Notes under the pieces: generated by a model | Told to the model about the DNA's origin: nothing | What the model saw: only the letters and a program-made list of their open reading frames with translations | The model's database searches: none | Shown: piece after piece, positions 12,101 to 22,267 of the stretch | Numbering within the stretch: the first letter of the stretch is position 1 | Layout of the letters: each line of letters begins with the position of its first letter | Program-made: the position numbers and the translations under genes | Origin: Candidatus Omnitrophota bacterium | GTDB lineage: Bacteria > Omnitrophota > Gorgyraeia > Gorgyraeales > Gorgyraeaceae | Reading direction: 5' to 3' | DNA length: 64,000 nucleotides | NCBI GenBank assembly: GCA_030691625.1 | Contig: JAUYDX010000088.1 | Location: 1,856-65,855 of the forward strand

Positions 12101-12633
12101 CCGGGCTGAGGAAGCTCGAGGACGGCCAGAAGGTCTGGTTCGGCGGCATAATAAACAAAATAAAAAACACGGTCACAAAGCGTTCCGGGGAAAAAATGGC
12201 TATCATGATGATGGAGGATATGGAAGGCAGCGTAGAAGCGCTTGTATTCCCAAACTCGTACAAAAACGTCTCCAGGAACATATTGCCTAATGCGGCAGTA
12301 TTTGTGAACGGCAGGCTCAGCCTTAAAGAGGAAAGGCCTAAGATAATCGTGGAGGAGATAATACCTATAACAGACGCCAGGAAAAAATTTACCCAGTCCA
12401 TTTCCATAAATCTCGCCAGCCAGGGCTCGGACGAGGAATTTTTCAACAGGCTCAGGAATGTCTTTTCAAGGTATCAGGGAGATACGCCTGTTTACATCAA
12501 TTTTTCCACTAAAGAAAACGGGTCTTTCCGCCAGGTCGTGGACAGGAAGCTTTTCGTGAGCCCCACCAATGAACTCGCCTCCGAGCTCGAGTCCCTGCTC
12601 GGCCGCGAACACATCCACTTCGAAAAATCCTAA
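9126..12633 (+). CDS. dnaE: DNA polymerase III alpha subunit, reading frame broken at 10831-10840 (one extra T)
   Basis: 'FVHLHVHTQYSLLDG', 'GRGSAAGS', 'PDIDIDF', 'FAGYGFNKSHSAAY'; removing one T restores 'GLLKMDFLGL'. Confidence 0.93.
10074..10127. repeat. Family C palindrome in-frame inside dnaE (C1)
   Basis: Perfect 25-bp arms + 4-nt loop = 54 bp; near-identical to intergenic 63224-63270. Confidence 0.93.
10912..10939. repeat. GTAG-type REP (family E) inside dnaE
   Basis: GTAGGGGCGGTCA-A-TGACCGCCCCCTAC; read as VGAVNDRPLR. Confidence 0.8.
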
Positions 12634-12637
12634 CCCC

Positions 12638-12682
12638 AAACAACTTGACACTTCAAACAATGTCACAAGTGTCAAGTTGTTG
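12638..12682. repeat. Family A palindrome (A6)
   Basis: IR 4 nt after dnaE stop. Confidence 0.93.
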
Positions 12683-12767
12683 CATTGAAATCTGTTGACA
12701 ATAACCGGCTAAACTGTTACACTACCCCTTGTATTTACGATAGATAGAAAAACCAAGGAGGATTTTT

Positions 12768-13052
12768 ATGGCCAAGAGTATGACTAAGAAAGAAATAGTG
12801 ATGAAGATTGCCACTGACACCAATATCAAACAAATAGATGTTAAAAAAGTGGTGCAGATGACGTTTGATATTATTGTGGACGCCCTGGCCAGGGGTGAAA
12901 AGATAGAGCTGAGGAATTTCGGCGTTTTTAAGACAAAGTCCAGAAAAGGCAGAATGGGCCGCAACCCCAGGACAGGCGTTCAGGTACCTGTCCAGCCTAA
13001 AAGGGTGGCTGTGTTCAAACCAGGCCTTATAATGAAGGCAAAGGTAAAATAA
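12768..13052 (+). CDS. HU/IHF family DNA-binding protein
   Basis: 'IELRNFGVF...GRNPRTG...FKPG'. Confidence 0.95.
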   Translation: MAKSMTKKEIVMKIATDTNIKQIDVKKVVQMTFDIIVDALARGEKIELRNFGVFKTKSRKGRMGRNPRTGVQVPVQPKRVAVFKPGLIMKAKVK

Positions 13053-13061
13053 TTGTAGCGA

Positions 13062-13099
13062 TTGGTGCCAGGCACTATTTAAATAGTGCCTGGCACCAA
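13062..13099. repeat. Family D palindrome (D1)
   Basis: Perfect 38-bp palindrome TTGGTGCCAGGCACTATTT/AAATAGTGCCTGGCACCAA. Confidence 0.92.
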
Positions 13100-13109
13100 A
13101 AAGGTAAGC

Positions 13110-14393
13110 ATGATTAAAGCATTGCGCGGCACAAAAGATATTCTGCCAGGCGAGTCGGATTTATGGCAATTTATAGAATCTACTGGCAGGGATATATTTA
13201 ATATATATGGGTATAATGAGATAAGGACGCCGATAATAGAGGAGGCGTCTTTGTTTATAAGGGGCATAGGAGACCTGACTGACATAGTGCAGAAAGAGAT
13301 GTATGTTTTTTCTGACAGGGGCAATAGGCGAGTTGCGCTGAGGCCTGAGGCCACAGCGTCTATTGTCCGCGCGTATATAGAAAATTCAATGTCCCAGTCA
13401 GGCGGGGCCGCAAAGCTATTTTACACAGGCCCGATGTTCAGGAGCGAGAGGCCTCAGCAGGGCAGGCAGAGGCAGTTCTATCAGATAGGCGTGGAGGCAA
13501 TAGGCTCGGACAGCCCGTTTCTTGACGCTGAGGTTATTGCGCTGGCTGTGAGATTTCTTGACAGGCTTGGCGTTAAAAATTATCACGTGAAATTGAACAG
13601 CCTGGGCTGTCAGAAGGATAAAATGGCCGCAATAGCAAAACATAAAGAGAACTTTAAGCCTCATTTTGAAAAATTATGCGACACCTGCAAGGCCAGGTTT
13701 GACAAAAATGTCTTGAGGATATTTGACTGCAAGGGCGATACGTGCAGGGTCATTGCTGAAAATGTAAAGGTGGAGGCAGCGCTCTGCAATGACTGCGAGT
13801 CGCATTTTAAAAAGGTGAAACAGTGCCTGGACGAACTGGGCGTTAAATACACTGTGGATCATAAAATAGTAAGGGGCCTGGATTATTATACAAAGACTGT
13901 ATTTGAGATAACCCAGGATGACCTGGGCGCGAAAGACGCCATATGCGCCGGAGGCAGATATAATAATCTGGTAAAGGAACTGGGCGGGAAAGATACGCCT
14001 GCTACCGGGTTTGCTTTTGGCGTGGAGCGCCTGGCGCTTGCGTTAAAAGCTGTCAGCTGTCAGCATTCAGCTGTCAGCCCTAAAGTTTTTGTTGCGGTTG
14101 CGGGAGAAGGGCTTTACCCTGAAGCGTTTAAATTGCTGGATTCTTTGCGCGGCGCCGGGATCGCAAGCGAAATGGATTATGACGAGAGAAGCTTAAAGAG
14201 CCAGATGAGAAAGGCAGAGAAGCTCGGGGCAGGGTTTGTGGTTATTTTAGGGGAAGATGAGTTTAAAAAAGGCAAAGCTGTATTAAAGGATATGAGTAGC
14301 GGAGACCAAAAAGAAATAATGCTGAATGAAATTATTTCGGCGCTCCATACCATAAAAACTTCGCAGGTTGCCGAAGGCAACCTGCGAAGTTGA
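13110..14393 (+). CDS. hisS: Histidine--tRNA ligase
   Basis: 'RGTKD', 'LRPEATAS', 'VRGLDYY', 'AGGRY', 'GVERL'. Confidence 0.97.
   Translation: MIKALRGTKDILPGESDLWQFIESTGRDIFNIYGYNEIRTPIIEEASLFIRGIGDLTDIVQKEMYVFSDRGNRRVALRPEATASIVRAYIENSMSQSGGAAKLFYTGPMFRSERPQQGRQRQFYQIGVEAIGSDSPFLDAEVIALAVRFLDRLGVKNYHVKLNSLGCQKDKMAAIAKHKENFKPHFEKLCDTCKARFDKNVLRIFDCKGDTCRVIAENVKVEAALCNDCESHFKKVKQCLDELGVKYTVDHKIVRGLDYYTKTVFEITQDDLGAKDAICAGGRYNNLVKELGGKDTPATGFAFGVERLALALKAVSCQHSAVSPKVFVAVAGEGLYPEAFKLLDSLRGAGIASEMDYDERSLKSQMRKAEKLGAGFVVILGEDEFKKGKAVLKDMSSGDQKEIMLNEIISALHTIKTSQVAEGNLRS
14049..14078. repeat. Heptamer tandem repeat inside hisS linker
   Basis: GCTGTCA GCTGTCA GCATTCA GCTGTCA GC. Confidence 0.75.
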
Positions 14394-14400
14394 GGTGGTT
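14357..14400. repeat. Family C palindrome (C2)
   Basis: AACTTCGCAGGTTGCC-GAA-GGCAACCTGCGAAGTT-GAGGTGGTT; contains hisS stop. Confidence 0.92.
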
Positions 14401-14402
14401 AA

Positions 14403-15776
14403 ATGATGAAACGCACGCATACATGCGGTGAATTGACAAAAAAAGATATAGGCAAAAAAGCCACGCTTGTCGGCTGGGTGTATAAGAGGCGCGATCACGG
14501 GAAATTGATTTTTATAGATATCCGCGACAGGTACGGCGTGACCCAGATAGTGTTTTTTAAAATGAAAGAGGCGGAGGAGCTTCGCAGTGAATACGTCATA
14601 GCGGTAAAAGGCGTTGCGCAGGAGAGGCCAAAAGGCACGGTAAACCCCAATATACCCACAGGAGAGGTGGAGCTTGGCGTCACAGAGCTGGAGATATTGA
14701 ATCCATCGCTGACCCCGCCTTTTGAGCTGGATAATACAGGCGAGATCTCGGAAGAGGTCAGGCTGAAATACAGATATATTGATCTAAGAAGGCCTGATAT
14801 GCAGAAAAAACTTATCCTGCGGCACAAGGTAATAAAATCAATGAGGGATTATCTGGATAAGCAGGATTTTATAGAAGTCGAAACACCTGTACTCACAAAA
14901 TCAACCCCTGAGGGCGCAAGAGATTTTCTGGTGCCGTCCAGGCTCAATCATGGGAAATTTTTTGCGCTTCCTCAGTCTCCGCAGTTATTCAAACAATTGC
15001 TGATGGTGTCAGGCCTTGAGAGGTATTTCCAGATAGCCAAGTGTTTCAGGGATGAAGACCTCAGGGCAGACAGACAGCCTGAATTCACCCAGCTGGACAT
15101 GGAATTTTCATTCACGGACGAGGACGAGATTTTCGCCACGATAGAGAAGCTCCTCAAATATACGTTCAAGGAAGCCCTGGGGCTTGATCTAAAAACGCCT
15201 TTTCCGCGCATGTCATATAAAGACGCGATGGAAAAATACAATTCAGACAAGCCTGACATCAGGGAAAAGAAAGAGGGATTTCAATTCTTATGGGTCACAA
15301 GTTTCCCGCTTTTCAAATACAATGAAGAAGAAAAAAAATGGGACATGGAGCACCATCCTTTCACATATCCTCTGGTGGAGGATATTGACCTCATAGAAAA
15401 GGACCCTGCTAAAGTCAGGTCCAGGGCTTATGATCTGGTCATTAACGGGGTCGAGATAGCCTCAGGCAGTATAAGGATCCATAAAAGAGATTTGCAGGAA
15501 AAGATATTCAAACGCATAGGCCTGAGCGCGGAAGAGGCAAAAGAGAGGTTCGGATTTTTACTGGAGGCGTTTCAATACGGCGCGCCGCCGCACGGAGGCA
15601 TTGCGCTCGGCCTGGACAGGCTGATCGCGCTCATGGCAGGGTCTGATACAATAAGAGATGTTATAGCTTTTCCAAAAACTCAGAAGGCGATCTGTCCTTT
15701 GACAGACGCCCCATCGTCAGTGGACGAGACTCAGCTAAAGGAGTTGGGGATTAGAATAGAAAAAGAGGCCAAATAA
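14403..15776 (+). CDS. aspS: Aspartate--tRNA ligase, short form lacking GAD insertion, probably non-discriminating
   Basis: 'RTHTCG', 'RRDHG', 'STPEGARDF', '[12 protein letters not shown]'; only 457 aa. Confidence 0.95.
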   Translation: MMKRTHTCGELTKKDIGKKATLVGWVYKRRDHGKLIFIDIRDRYGVTQIVFFKMKEAEELRSEYVIAVKGVAQERPKGTVNPNIPTGEVELGVTELEILNPSLTPPFELDNTGEISEEVRLKYRYIDLRRPDMQKKLILRHKVIKSMRDYLDKQDFIEVETPVLTKSTPEGARDFLVPSRLNHGKFFALPQSPQLFKQLLMVSGLERYFQIAKCFRDEDLRADRQPEFTQLDMEFSFTDEDEIFATIEKLLKYTFKEALGLDLKTPFPRMSYKDAMEKYNSDKPDIREKKEGFQFLWVTSFPLFKYNEEEKKWDMEHHPFTYPLVEDIDLIEKDPAKVRSRAYDLVINGVEIASGSIRIHKRDLQEKIFKRIGLSAEEAKERFGFLLEAFQYGAPPHGGIALGLDRLIALMAGSDTIRDVIAFPKTQKAICPLTDAPSSVDETQLKELGIRIEKEAK

Positions 15777-15778
15777 CC

Positions 15779-15821
15779 AAACAACTTTACATTGAGACAA
15801 TGACGGAATGTAAAGTTGTTT
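15779..15821. repeat. Family A, 43-bp subfamily (A7)
   Basis: AAACAACTTTACATT-GAGACAATGACGG-AATGTAAAGTTGTTT. Confidence 0.9.
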
Positions 15822-15846
15822 GGGCAATATGAAAAAAGGAGGGGTT

Positions 15847-16482
15847 ATGAAAAATATGATTTTGTGCTGTATAGTACTTGCAATATTTATGATGTCCGGC
15901 TGTGTCACAAGAACGTACACCACGCAAATTGACAGGGTTGATCAGGAAATATATGGCAATAGGGGCGTTATAGTGGGCACGCCTCCTCCGGTTGAAGAGA
16001 CAGATGTGAAGAAGACAAGAGAGGTTTACAATCTGGAAGTAGAAGTGCCTTCCTTATATAAAGGCGCGTCAAGCCAGAACCAGCGCAGGGCATATAAAAA
16101 AGAACGGGTCAGGGAAGATGACAGGGATCTGGACGGCAACAGGGGATATGTGCAGGGGAGCATCAGCCCTGAAAAAGAGGTCTATGTGCCTGAAACTACT
16201 CAAGGACAGCAGTCTAATGTGCGGATCAGCGGAGGGTCGTATTCAGGAAGAACGCCGCAGGTAGTTTACAGCGAGCCTTCCAGTAAGACAAGTTCCAGTT
16301 CTGTCTCAGGAGAAGCTAAAGAGTATTACGTGGTAGAGAAAGGCGACACCCTGCAGACTATATCTGAAAAGTTTTACGGTACCACTAAAAAATGGACTGT
16401 CTTGTACGAAGCGAACAAACATATTCTTAAAAGCCCTGACAGGATAAGGCCAGGCCAGAAATTAGTGATACCCAAAGATTAG
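15847..16482 (+). CDS. LysM-domain lipoprotein
   Basis: Lipobox MSGC; C-terminal 'YVVEKGDTLQTIS...IRPGQKLVIP'. Confidence 0.88.
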   Translation: MKNMILCCIVLAIFMMSGCVTRTYTTQIDRVDQEIYGNRGVIVGTPPPVEETDVKKTREVYNLEVEVPSLYKGASSQNQRRAYKKERVREDDRDLDGNRGYVQGSISPEKEVYVPETTQGQQSNVRISGGSYSGRTPQVVYSEPSSKTSSSSVSGEAKEYYVVEKGDTLQTISEKFYGTTKKWTVLYEANKHILKSPDRIRPGQKLVIPKD

Positions 16483-16507
16483 CAAAGCAGGGAACAGCCG
16501 CGATCGT

Positions 16508-16572
16508 ACCGCCTCAACCTCGCAGGTTACCTCGCAGGTTACCTCGCAGGTAACCTGCGAGGTTGAGGCGGT
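16508..16572. repeat. Family C palindrome with tandemly amplified unit (C3)
   Basis: ACCGCCTC arms around (ACCTCGCAGGTT)x3 plus one inverted unit. Confidence 0.92.
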
Positions 16573-16605
16573 TTGTTGTAAAGTTGTTGAGGGTGTAAAC
16601 CTTGG

Positions 16606-17553
16606 ATGGAAAGATTAATTGATATATCTAACAATGACGAGGCCAGGCAGCTTTTCGGGAGTTTTGACGAAAATCTGAAGACAGTGGAGTCTAATTTCGG
16701 GGTCAAGATAGTATCGCGCGGGGAGAAGCTGGCTATTAAAGGGGCCAAGAGGTCAGTAGACAATAGCGCGAGGCTTTTAGAGGAGATGCTTTTTGTAATA
16801 AGGAGGGGCGGCGCCATAAAAAGAGACGAGCTTTCATATTCCATAAGGTCTTTTAAAATAAATCCAGGCGTTGACCTGGAGGCCATATACCTGGACAGAA
16901 TAGAGGTGTCTTCCAGGCGGCAGTTTATAACCCCGAAAACACAAGGCCAGAAAAAATATATAGACGCTATAAGAGAGCACGATATCGTATTCGGCGTTGG
17001 GCCTGCCGGCACAGGCAAGACATACCTTGCCATGGCAATGGCTGTGAATGCCCTTAAAAGGCGCGAGGTATCAAGGATTATACTTACAAGGCCGGCTATT
17101 GAGGCAGGGGAAAGCCTGGGCTATCTGCCAGGCGATCTCTATCAAAAGGTAACCCCGTACTTGAGGCCGCTCTACGACGCCCTCTACGACATGATGGAGA
17201 TAAGCGAGATACAGGACTCTATTGAGCGCGGGGTCATAGAGGTGGCGCCTCTTGCCTACATGAGAGGCCGCACGCTTAATGATTCTTTCATTATCCTCGA
17301 CGAAGCCCAGAATTCCACAACAGAGCAGATGAAGATGTTTCTAACCAGGTTAGGTTTTGACTCCAAAACAGTCATTACCGGAGACAATACCCAAAGCGAC
17401 CTTCCTTCAGGCAGAGAGTCAGGCCTGACCCAGGTCCAGAAGATCCTGAGCCGCATAAAAGGCATAGCCTTCGCGTATTTCACAGGAGAAGACGTGGTGA
17501 GGCACAGCCTGGTGCAGGAAATAATAAAGGCATATGAGGAAAACTCTAAATAA
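16606..17553 (+). CDS. phoH: PhoH-like ATPase (YbeZ type)
   Basis: 'GPAGTGKT', 'AYMRGRTL', 'DEAQN'. Confidence 0.93.
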   Translation: MERLIDISNNDEARQLFGSFDENLKTVESNFGVKIVSRGEKLAIKGAKRSVDNSARLLEEMLFVIRRGGAIKRDELSYSIRSFKINPGVDLEAIYLDRIEVSSRRQFITPKTQGQKKYIDAIREHDIVFGVGPAGTGKTYLAMAMAVNALKRREVSRIILTRPAIEAGESLGYLPGDLYQKVTPYLRPLYDALYDMMEISEIQDSIERGVIEVAPLAYMRGRTLNDSFIILDEAQNSTTEQMKMFLTRLGFDSKTVITGDNTQSDLPSGRESGLTQVQKILSRIKGIAFAYFTGEDVVRHSLVQEIIKAYEENSK

Positions 17554-19726
17554 AAAACAGAAAAACCCGGGATTTTCCAGTAAGCTATCGCATGTCCTTA
17601 TAGCTGTAATCACGTGCCTGGTGCTGGTATTGATAGTGGAATGGGACACAAGCCTTTTCGACGCTGTATTTACCGAGGGCGACATAGTGCTGAAGTCCAC
17701 CTACGCGCCTTTTGATTTTAAGATAAAAGGCGAGATAGACTCTAATGCCACTGAATCCGCCAGAAAAAGCGCGATGGAAAAAGTCCCGCCTGTATACCTC
17801 ATTGACAGCTCTATCAAAGAAACAGTTTTAAGCAGGGTAAATTCTATTTCCGACGCAATAAACTCCCTTCATGTCCCTAAAGAGGGAGAGTCCCCTGAAG
17901 ACAGGCTCTCCAGGATCAAGGAAACTATGGCGCCTTTTGAAATACCAATGCCTTTAACGCATAACATGCTGGAACTTAAAGACCCAAAGGGGTTTTTTGA
18001 AGAAGCTGTAAAGACCGCGGAATATATCCTGGACACCGGCCTTATATCCAGCCAGGAGCTCGCCAGGCTGGATAAGGAATCTGTAAAGACAGTGACGCTG
18101 TTAGATAAGGCAAAAAACACGGAACAGGTTAAATTCACGAACGAGCTGTGGTTATTTTCTGACGCGAGAAAGAGGGCGGATAACCTGTTGGCCGCGTTGA
18201 AGGAAAAAAAGGAAAAGGCCCTGCTCATAGATCTTATAAGCGGCGTAATAACAACCCCGAATATAAAATATCAGGACTCTGAAACTGATTTTAGAAGGCA
18301 GGCCGCGGCTGCCAAGGTAAAACCTATATACACCACTCTGGAAGTAAAAAAGAACGAACTTATAATAAATAAAGGCGAGCGCATATCAAAAGAGGATATG
18401 CTGAAGCTGGAGGCTATTGCGCAGAAAGAGCCCTATCCCACAAAGGTCGTGGCGTTTTTCGGGATCGCGCTGATAATAATTTTATTCATGCTGATCCTCG
18501 TATTTTATATAGAATTTTATGAACCTGACCTGATAGTGGGCAATAAAGAACTTGTACTTCTCGCGTCAATATGCGTCCTGGTGATTTTAGCGGCAAAGCT
18601 GATCGTGCTATCCCCTTACCCGAGTAACTTTATACCCATAGCAGCGGCGTCCATGCTTATCGCGCTTCTCTTGAATAGCAGGCTCGCGATAATCACGACG
18701 TGTTTCTTGGGCATACTGGCAGGCATGGTTTCCGGCGGGAGAATGGATATAGCGGCAATGTCCATAATAGGAGGCATGATAGGGATATTTGCGGTGAGGA
18801 ATGTTAGAAGGAGATCCCAGCTTATATCAGCCGGATTTTTAGTGGGACTGGCCAATATGACTTATTTCATAGCCATAGGGCTTATAAATTCCCTGGATTT
18901 CCACACCTATATGACAGAGGCGTCCATAGGAATGGCTAACGGCATGGTGTCCGCGATAATAGTGACAGGCGTTTTGCCTATTTTTGAAAGTATGTTCAAA
19001 AGTATTACTGATATAAGCCTTCTTGAGACAGCGGATTTGAACCACCCAATCCTTAAAGAGATGGTTATAAAGGCGCCCGGAACATATCACCACAGTCTTG
19101 TGGTGGGGAACCTGGCTGAGGCCGCGTGCGAGACAATAGGCGCCAATGCGCTCCTCGCGCGGGTGAGCTCGTATTTTCACGATATAGGAAAGATAGAAAA
19201 GGCGGAATATTTCAGCGAAAACCAGGCAGGCGAATCCCCGCACGATAAACTCTCTCCCACAATGAGCAGCCTGATAATAACAAACCACGTGAAAAACGGA
19301 GTGGAACTCGCAGAGAAATACGGCTTAAACACCAGGATCGTGGCTATAATAAAGCAGCACCACGGCACAGGGCTTGTTTTTTATTTTTTCAAAAGGGCGC
19401 TGGAGAAGACCGTGGAAGATCAGGAGGTTTTTGAAGAGGGCTTCAGGTATCCTGGCCCAAAGCCGCAGACAAAAGAGGCCGCGTGCGTGCTTCTGGCTGA
19501 CTCGGTAGAGGCCGCGTCCAGGACTCTTGACGACCCTACGACATCCAGCATACAGGGCCTCGTGAAAAAGATCATAAATAATAAATTCATAGACGGCCAG
19601 CTGGACGAGTGCGAATTAACGCTGAAGGACCTGGAAAAGATAGCGGATGTATTCACGCACATCTTGACCGGCATATACCACAACCGCGTGGAATATCCGG
19701 AAGACACCGGCAAGAAGAAGGCATGA
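17534..19726 (+). CDS. 7TM-HD (HDIG) phosphohydrolase, PgpH/YqfF-like
   Basis: Extracellular domain, 7 TM, 'APGTYHHS', 'HDIGK', 'HHGT', 'RYPGPKP'. Confidence 0.9.
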   Translation: MRKTLNKKQKNPGFSSKLSHVLIAVITCLVLVLIVEWDTSLFDAVFTEGDIVLKSTYAPFDFKIKGEIDSNATESARKSAMEKVPPVYLIDSSIKETVLSRVNSISDAINSLHVPKEGESPEDRLSRIKETMAPFEIPMPLTHNMLELKDPKGFFEEAVKTAEYILDTGLISSQELARLDKESVKTVTLLDKAKNTEQVKFTNELWLFSDARKRADNLLAALKEKKEKALLIDLISGVITTPNIKYQDSETDFRRQAAAAKVKPIYTTLEVKKNELIINKGERISKEDMLKLEAIAQKEPYPTKVVAFFGIALIIILFMLILVFYIEFYEPDLIVGNKELVLLASICVLVILAAKLIVLSPYPSNFIPIAAASMLIALLLNSRLAIITTCFLGILAGMVSGGRMDIAAMSIIGGMIGIFAVRNVRRRSQLISAGFLVGLANMTYFIAIGLINSLDFHTYMTEASIGMANGMVSAIIVTGVLPIFESMFKSITDISLLETADLNHPILKEMVIKAPGTYHHSLVVGNLAEAACETIGANALLARVSSYFHDIGKIEKAEYFSENQAGESPHDKLSPTMSSLIITNHVKNGVELAEKYGLNTRIVAIIKQHHGTGLVFYFFKRALEKTVEDQEVFEEGFRYPGPKPQTKEAACVLLADSVEAASRTLDDPTTSSIQGLVKKIINNKFIDGQLDECELTLKDLEKIADVFTHILTGIYHNRVEYPEDTGKKKA

Positions 19727-20172
19727 AGATAGATATACAGAATCTGCAAAGTATAATCAAGCTTGATAAGGCTAAGATAACAGAGCGCGCAGGCGCGGTG
19801 TTAAGCGCCATGTCAGAACCTGACGCGGAATTGAGCCTGGTTTTCGTGAACGACATGTATATCAGGAATCTGAACTGGAAGTACAGGAGGATAGATTCCG
19901 CCACAGACGTGCTGGCGTTTCCCATGCGGGACTCGAGAGGGCTTTCAGGCTCCATACTGGGAGACGTGGTGATATCCGTGGAGACTGCGAGGCGCGAGGC
20001 AAAAAAACGAAAAAAGGATTTTCAGGAAGAGCTGGATTTATATCTGGCGCACGGCATATTGCATCTTTTAGGCTACGACGACGAAAAGCCAAGAGCAAGA
20101 AAGAAGATGAGAGAGAAGGAGAAAGAGCTCCTCCGTCTATTCCAAAGTTCTCGACTTAGTATTCATATATAG
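19723..20172 (+). CDS. ybeY: rRNA maturation RNase YbeY
   Basis: 'TDVLAF', 'HGILHLLGYD'; ATGA overlap with upstream stop. Confidence 0.93.
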   Translation: MKIDIQNLQSIIKLDKAKITERAGAVLSAMSEPDAELSLVFVNDMYIRNLNWKYRRIDSATDVLAFPMRDSRGLSGSILGDVVISVETARREAKKRKKDFQEELDLYLAHGILHLLGYDDEKPRARKKMREKEKELLRLFQSSRLSIHI

Positions 20173-20244
20173 CCACAATGTCCGCTCGAACACTAATATT
20201 CTTCGAGCGGTCACGAAAGCTGGATGTGAGAGCAAAGTCGAGAA
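20148..20244. repeat. Family B nested palindrome (B4)
   Basis: Same IRs; supplies last ybeY codons and stop. Confidence 0.9.
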
Positions 20245-20254
20245 AATATATGAG

Positions 20255-20962
20255 GTGGATGTGCAGCAGCAGAGTTTAGTCGAAAGTTTTAACGCGGCCA
20301 TAGAAGGCTTTGTGTATGTGTTTAAGAGCCAGCGCAACATGAGGCTCCATTTTTTAATGGGCCTTTTCGCGCTGCTTTTAGGCGTGCTCCTGAATTTCAC
20401 ATACGTAGAGCTAATGATATTGTGCCTCACTATAGCGTTTGTGCTTTTCGCGGAGATGTTCAATACAGCCATAGAGTATACAGTGAACCTGGTGAGCCAG
20501 GAATACAATCCTCTCGCCAGGATAGTGAAGGATATAGGCGCCGGAGCTGTTTTATTGAGCTCAATGGCAGCAATAGTGGTAGGGTATATCTTATTTGCCT
20601 CCAGGGCAGGAATAAGGATAGAAGACAATATCGCGAAAATAAGGGATTCCAGCTGGCACATAACGTTTATAGTGCTTATCCTGATCCTGGCTATAGTGGT
20701 TTTAAGCAAGATATTTTTGCAGAGAGGCACTCCTCTTAGAGGCGGTATGCCCAGCGGCCACAGCGCCGTGGCGTTTTCCATATGGGCTATTATCTCGCTT
20801 TTATATCCCAGCGGGCTCGTGATCTTCCTGGTGTTTCTCCTGGCCATGCTGGTGGCCAGAAGCAGGGTAAGTTCGCAGGTGCACAGCTTTATGGAGGTTT
20901 TTATAGGCGCTGTTCTTGGGATCCTGACAACAGTGGCCATATTCCAATTTTTGAGGAGATGA
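20255..20962 (+). CDS. Diacylglycerol/undecaprenol kinase fused to PAP2 phosphatase
   Basis: 'EMFNTAIE...KDIGAGAV' plus 'MPSGHS...SRV...H'. Confidence 0.88.
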   Translation: MDVQQQSLVESFNAAIEGFVYVFKSQRNMRLHFLMGLFALLLGVLLNFTYVELMILCLTIAFVLFAEMFNTAIEYTVNLVSQEYNPLARIVKDIGAGAVLLSSMAAIVVGYILFASRAGIRIEDNIAKIRDSSWHITFIVLILILAIVVLSKIFLQRGTPLRGGMPSGHSAVAFSIWAIISLLYPSGLVIFLVFLLAMLVARSRVSSQVHSFMEVFIGAVLGILTTVAIFQFLRR

Positions 20963-20963
20963 T

Positions 20964-21641
20964 ATGTGGCGTAAATTAAGGGCGTATTTTTTTACAGGGC
21001 TTCTGATAATCGTACCGAGCGTGATCACTTTCTGGGTGCTGTATTTTATAATAGCAAAGCTTAATTTTTTACTACTCGAGCCCCTGACAAAGATTTTTGG
21101 CGCGTGGATACCTGATAGGATTTATCTGGAGATCCTTACGAAGCTGGTAATAGTAATAATAGTAGCGGCATTGCTTGTCTTGATCGGTTTTGCGGGCAAG
21201 GTTATCGTAATAAGAAGGATATTCCGATGGGGGGAGAGAGTTCTTTATAAAGTACCCATAATAAGCCCTATATATAAAAGCATAAGAGATATGTCGAACG
21301 CGTTCTTCTCTGAAAAAAATCCTATTTTCAAGAGAACAGTGCTGATAGAATACCCAAGGAACGGGATATATTCCATAGGTTTTGTTACTTCTGAAGCGGG
21401 CGGCGAGCCGGGCAGAAAGGCAGGGAAAGATGTTGTAAATGTATTTGTGCCGACCTCGCCTACTCCAGGATCGGGTTTCTTTGTAATAGTCCCGAGGGAT
21501 CAGGTTATACAGCTTGACATGAGTGTTACAGATGGAATTAAAATGGTCATATCAGGCGGCGCGGTTGTGCCTGGTTTGAATTATGGCAATACAAAAGACA
21601 GAAGCGATACTGTTAAAAAAGAAGGACTTCAGGGAAACTAG
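20964..21641 (+). CDS. DUF502 membrane protein
   Basis: 'VFVPTSPTPGSGF', 'MVISGG'. Confidence 0.88.
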   Translation: MWRKLRAYFFTGLLIIVPSVITFWVLYFIIAKLNFLLLEPLTKIFGAWIPDRIYLEILTKLVIVIIVAALLVLIGFAGKVIVIRRIFRWGERVLYKVPIISPIYKSIRDMSNAFFSEKNPIFKRTVLIEYPRNGIYSIGFVTSEAGGEPGRKAGKDVVNVFVPTSPTPGSGFFVIVPRDQVIQLDMSVTDGIKMVISGGAVVPGLNYGNTKDRSDTVKKEGLQGN

Positions 21642-22221
21642 CCTCATCCTTACTTTTTTTACAAAAGATTTCGGGAAGATAGACGGCATCATAAAAGGCG
21701 CCAGGGGCGCCAGGCCCAGGGGCGACGCTAACCCGATATTTTTCAGCCTGGACCAGATAGTTTTTTACGAAAAAAAATTTGGAGGCATCTCCATAATCTC
21801 GCAATGCGAGACAGAGGAGGTGTTCCTCAATATATTGAAGGAGTGGGCCAGGGCGTCGTCAGCTTATTACATGCTGGAACTGGCAGACGTATTCACCGAG
21901 CCTGAAGGCAGGTCAGAAGAGGTTTTCGAGGCGCTTTACAGCGGCTTTAAATCCCTAGACAGCGGGAAGGATGCCTCAGGTATAACCAGGCTTTTTGAGA
22001 TAAAATTACTCATGGCGCTTGGTTTCTGGCCTGGCGCGGAATATTTCAAGCTGACCAAAGGCGCGATGTCCAGCGTCATGCATCTTGAAAAAGAACCCTG
22101 GAAAACAGCCTCTAATATAAAACTGGCAAAAGAGGTAAATGGCGAGATCAGGGCTGTTACGGCTAAACTTATCGAAGAAAATCTTGACAGGCCGCTAAAA
22201 ACCGTCAGATTTTTAACTTAA
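21583..22221 (+). CDS. recO: DNA repair protein RecO
   Basis: 'AILLKKKDFRETSLILTFFTKDFGKI', 'FEIKLL'; upstream of glyQ. Confidence 0.85.
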   Translation: MAIQKTEAILLKKKDFRETSLILTFFTKDFGKIDGIIKGARGARPRGDANPIFFSLDQIVFYEKKFGGISIISQCETEEVFLNILKEWARASSAYYMLELADVFTEPEGRSEEVFEALYSGFKSLDSGKDASGITRLFEIKLLMALGFWPGAEYFKLTKGAMSSVMHLEKEPWKTASNIKLAKEVNGEIRAVTAKLIEENLDRPLKTVRFLT

Positions 22222-22264
22222 ACCTCGTAGGTTGCCGTAGGCAACCTACGAGGTTGTGGTGGTT
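22221..22264. repeat. Family C palindrome (C4)
   Basis: AACCTCGTAGGTTGCC-GTA-GGCAACCTACGAGGTT-GTGGTGGTT. Confidence 0.92.
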
Positions 22265-22267
22265 TCT

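Noticed and set aside
9126-12633. Split-intein dnaE
   Set aside because: No intein N- or C-terminal motifs at the break; a single-base indel explains it.
20137-20940. Long antisense ORFs (this one and others opposite ppdK, the sigma factor, polA and rho)
   Set aside because: Shadows of well-supported + strand genes.
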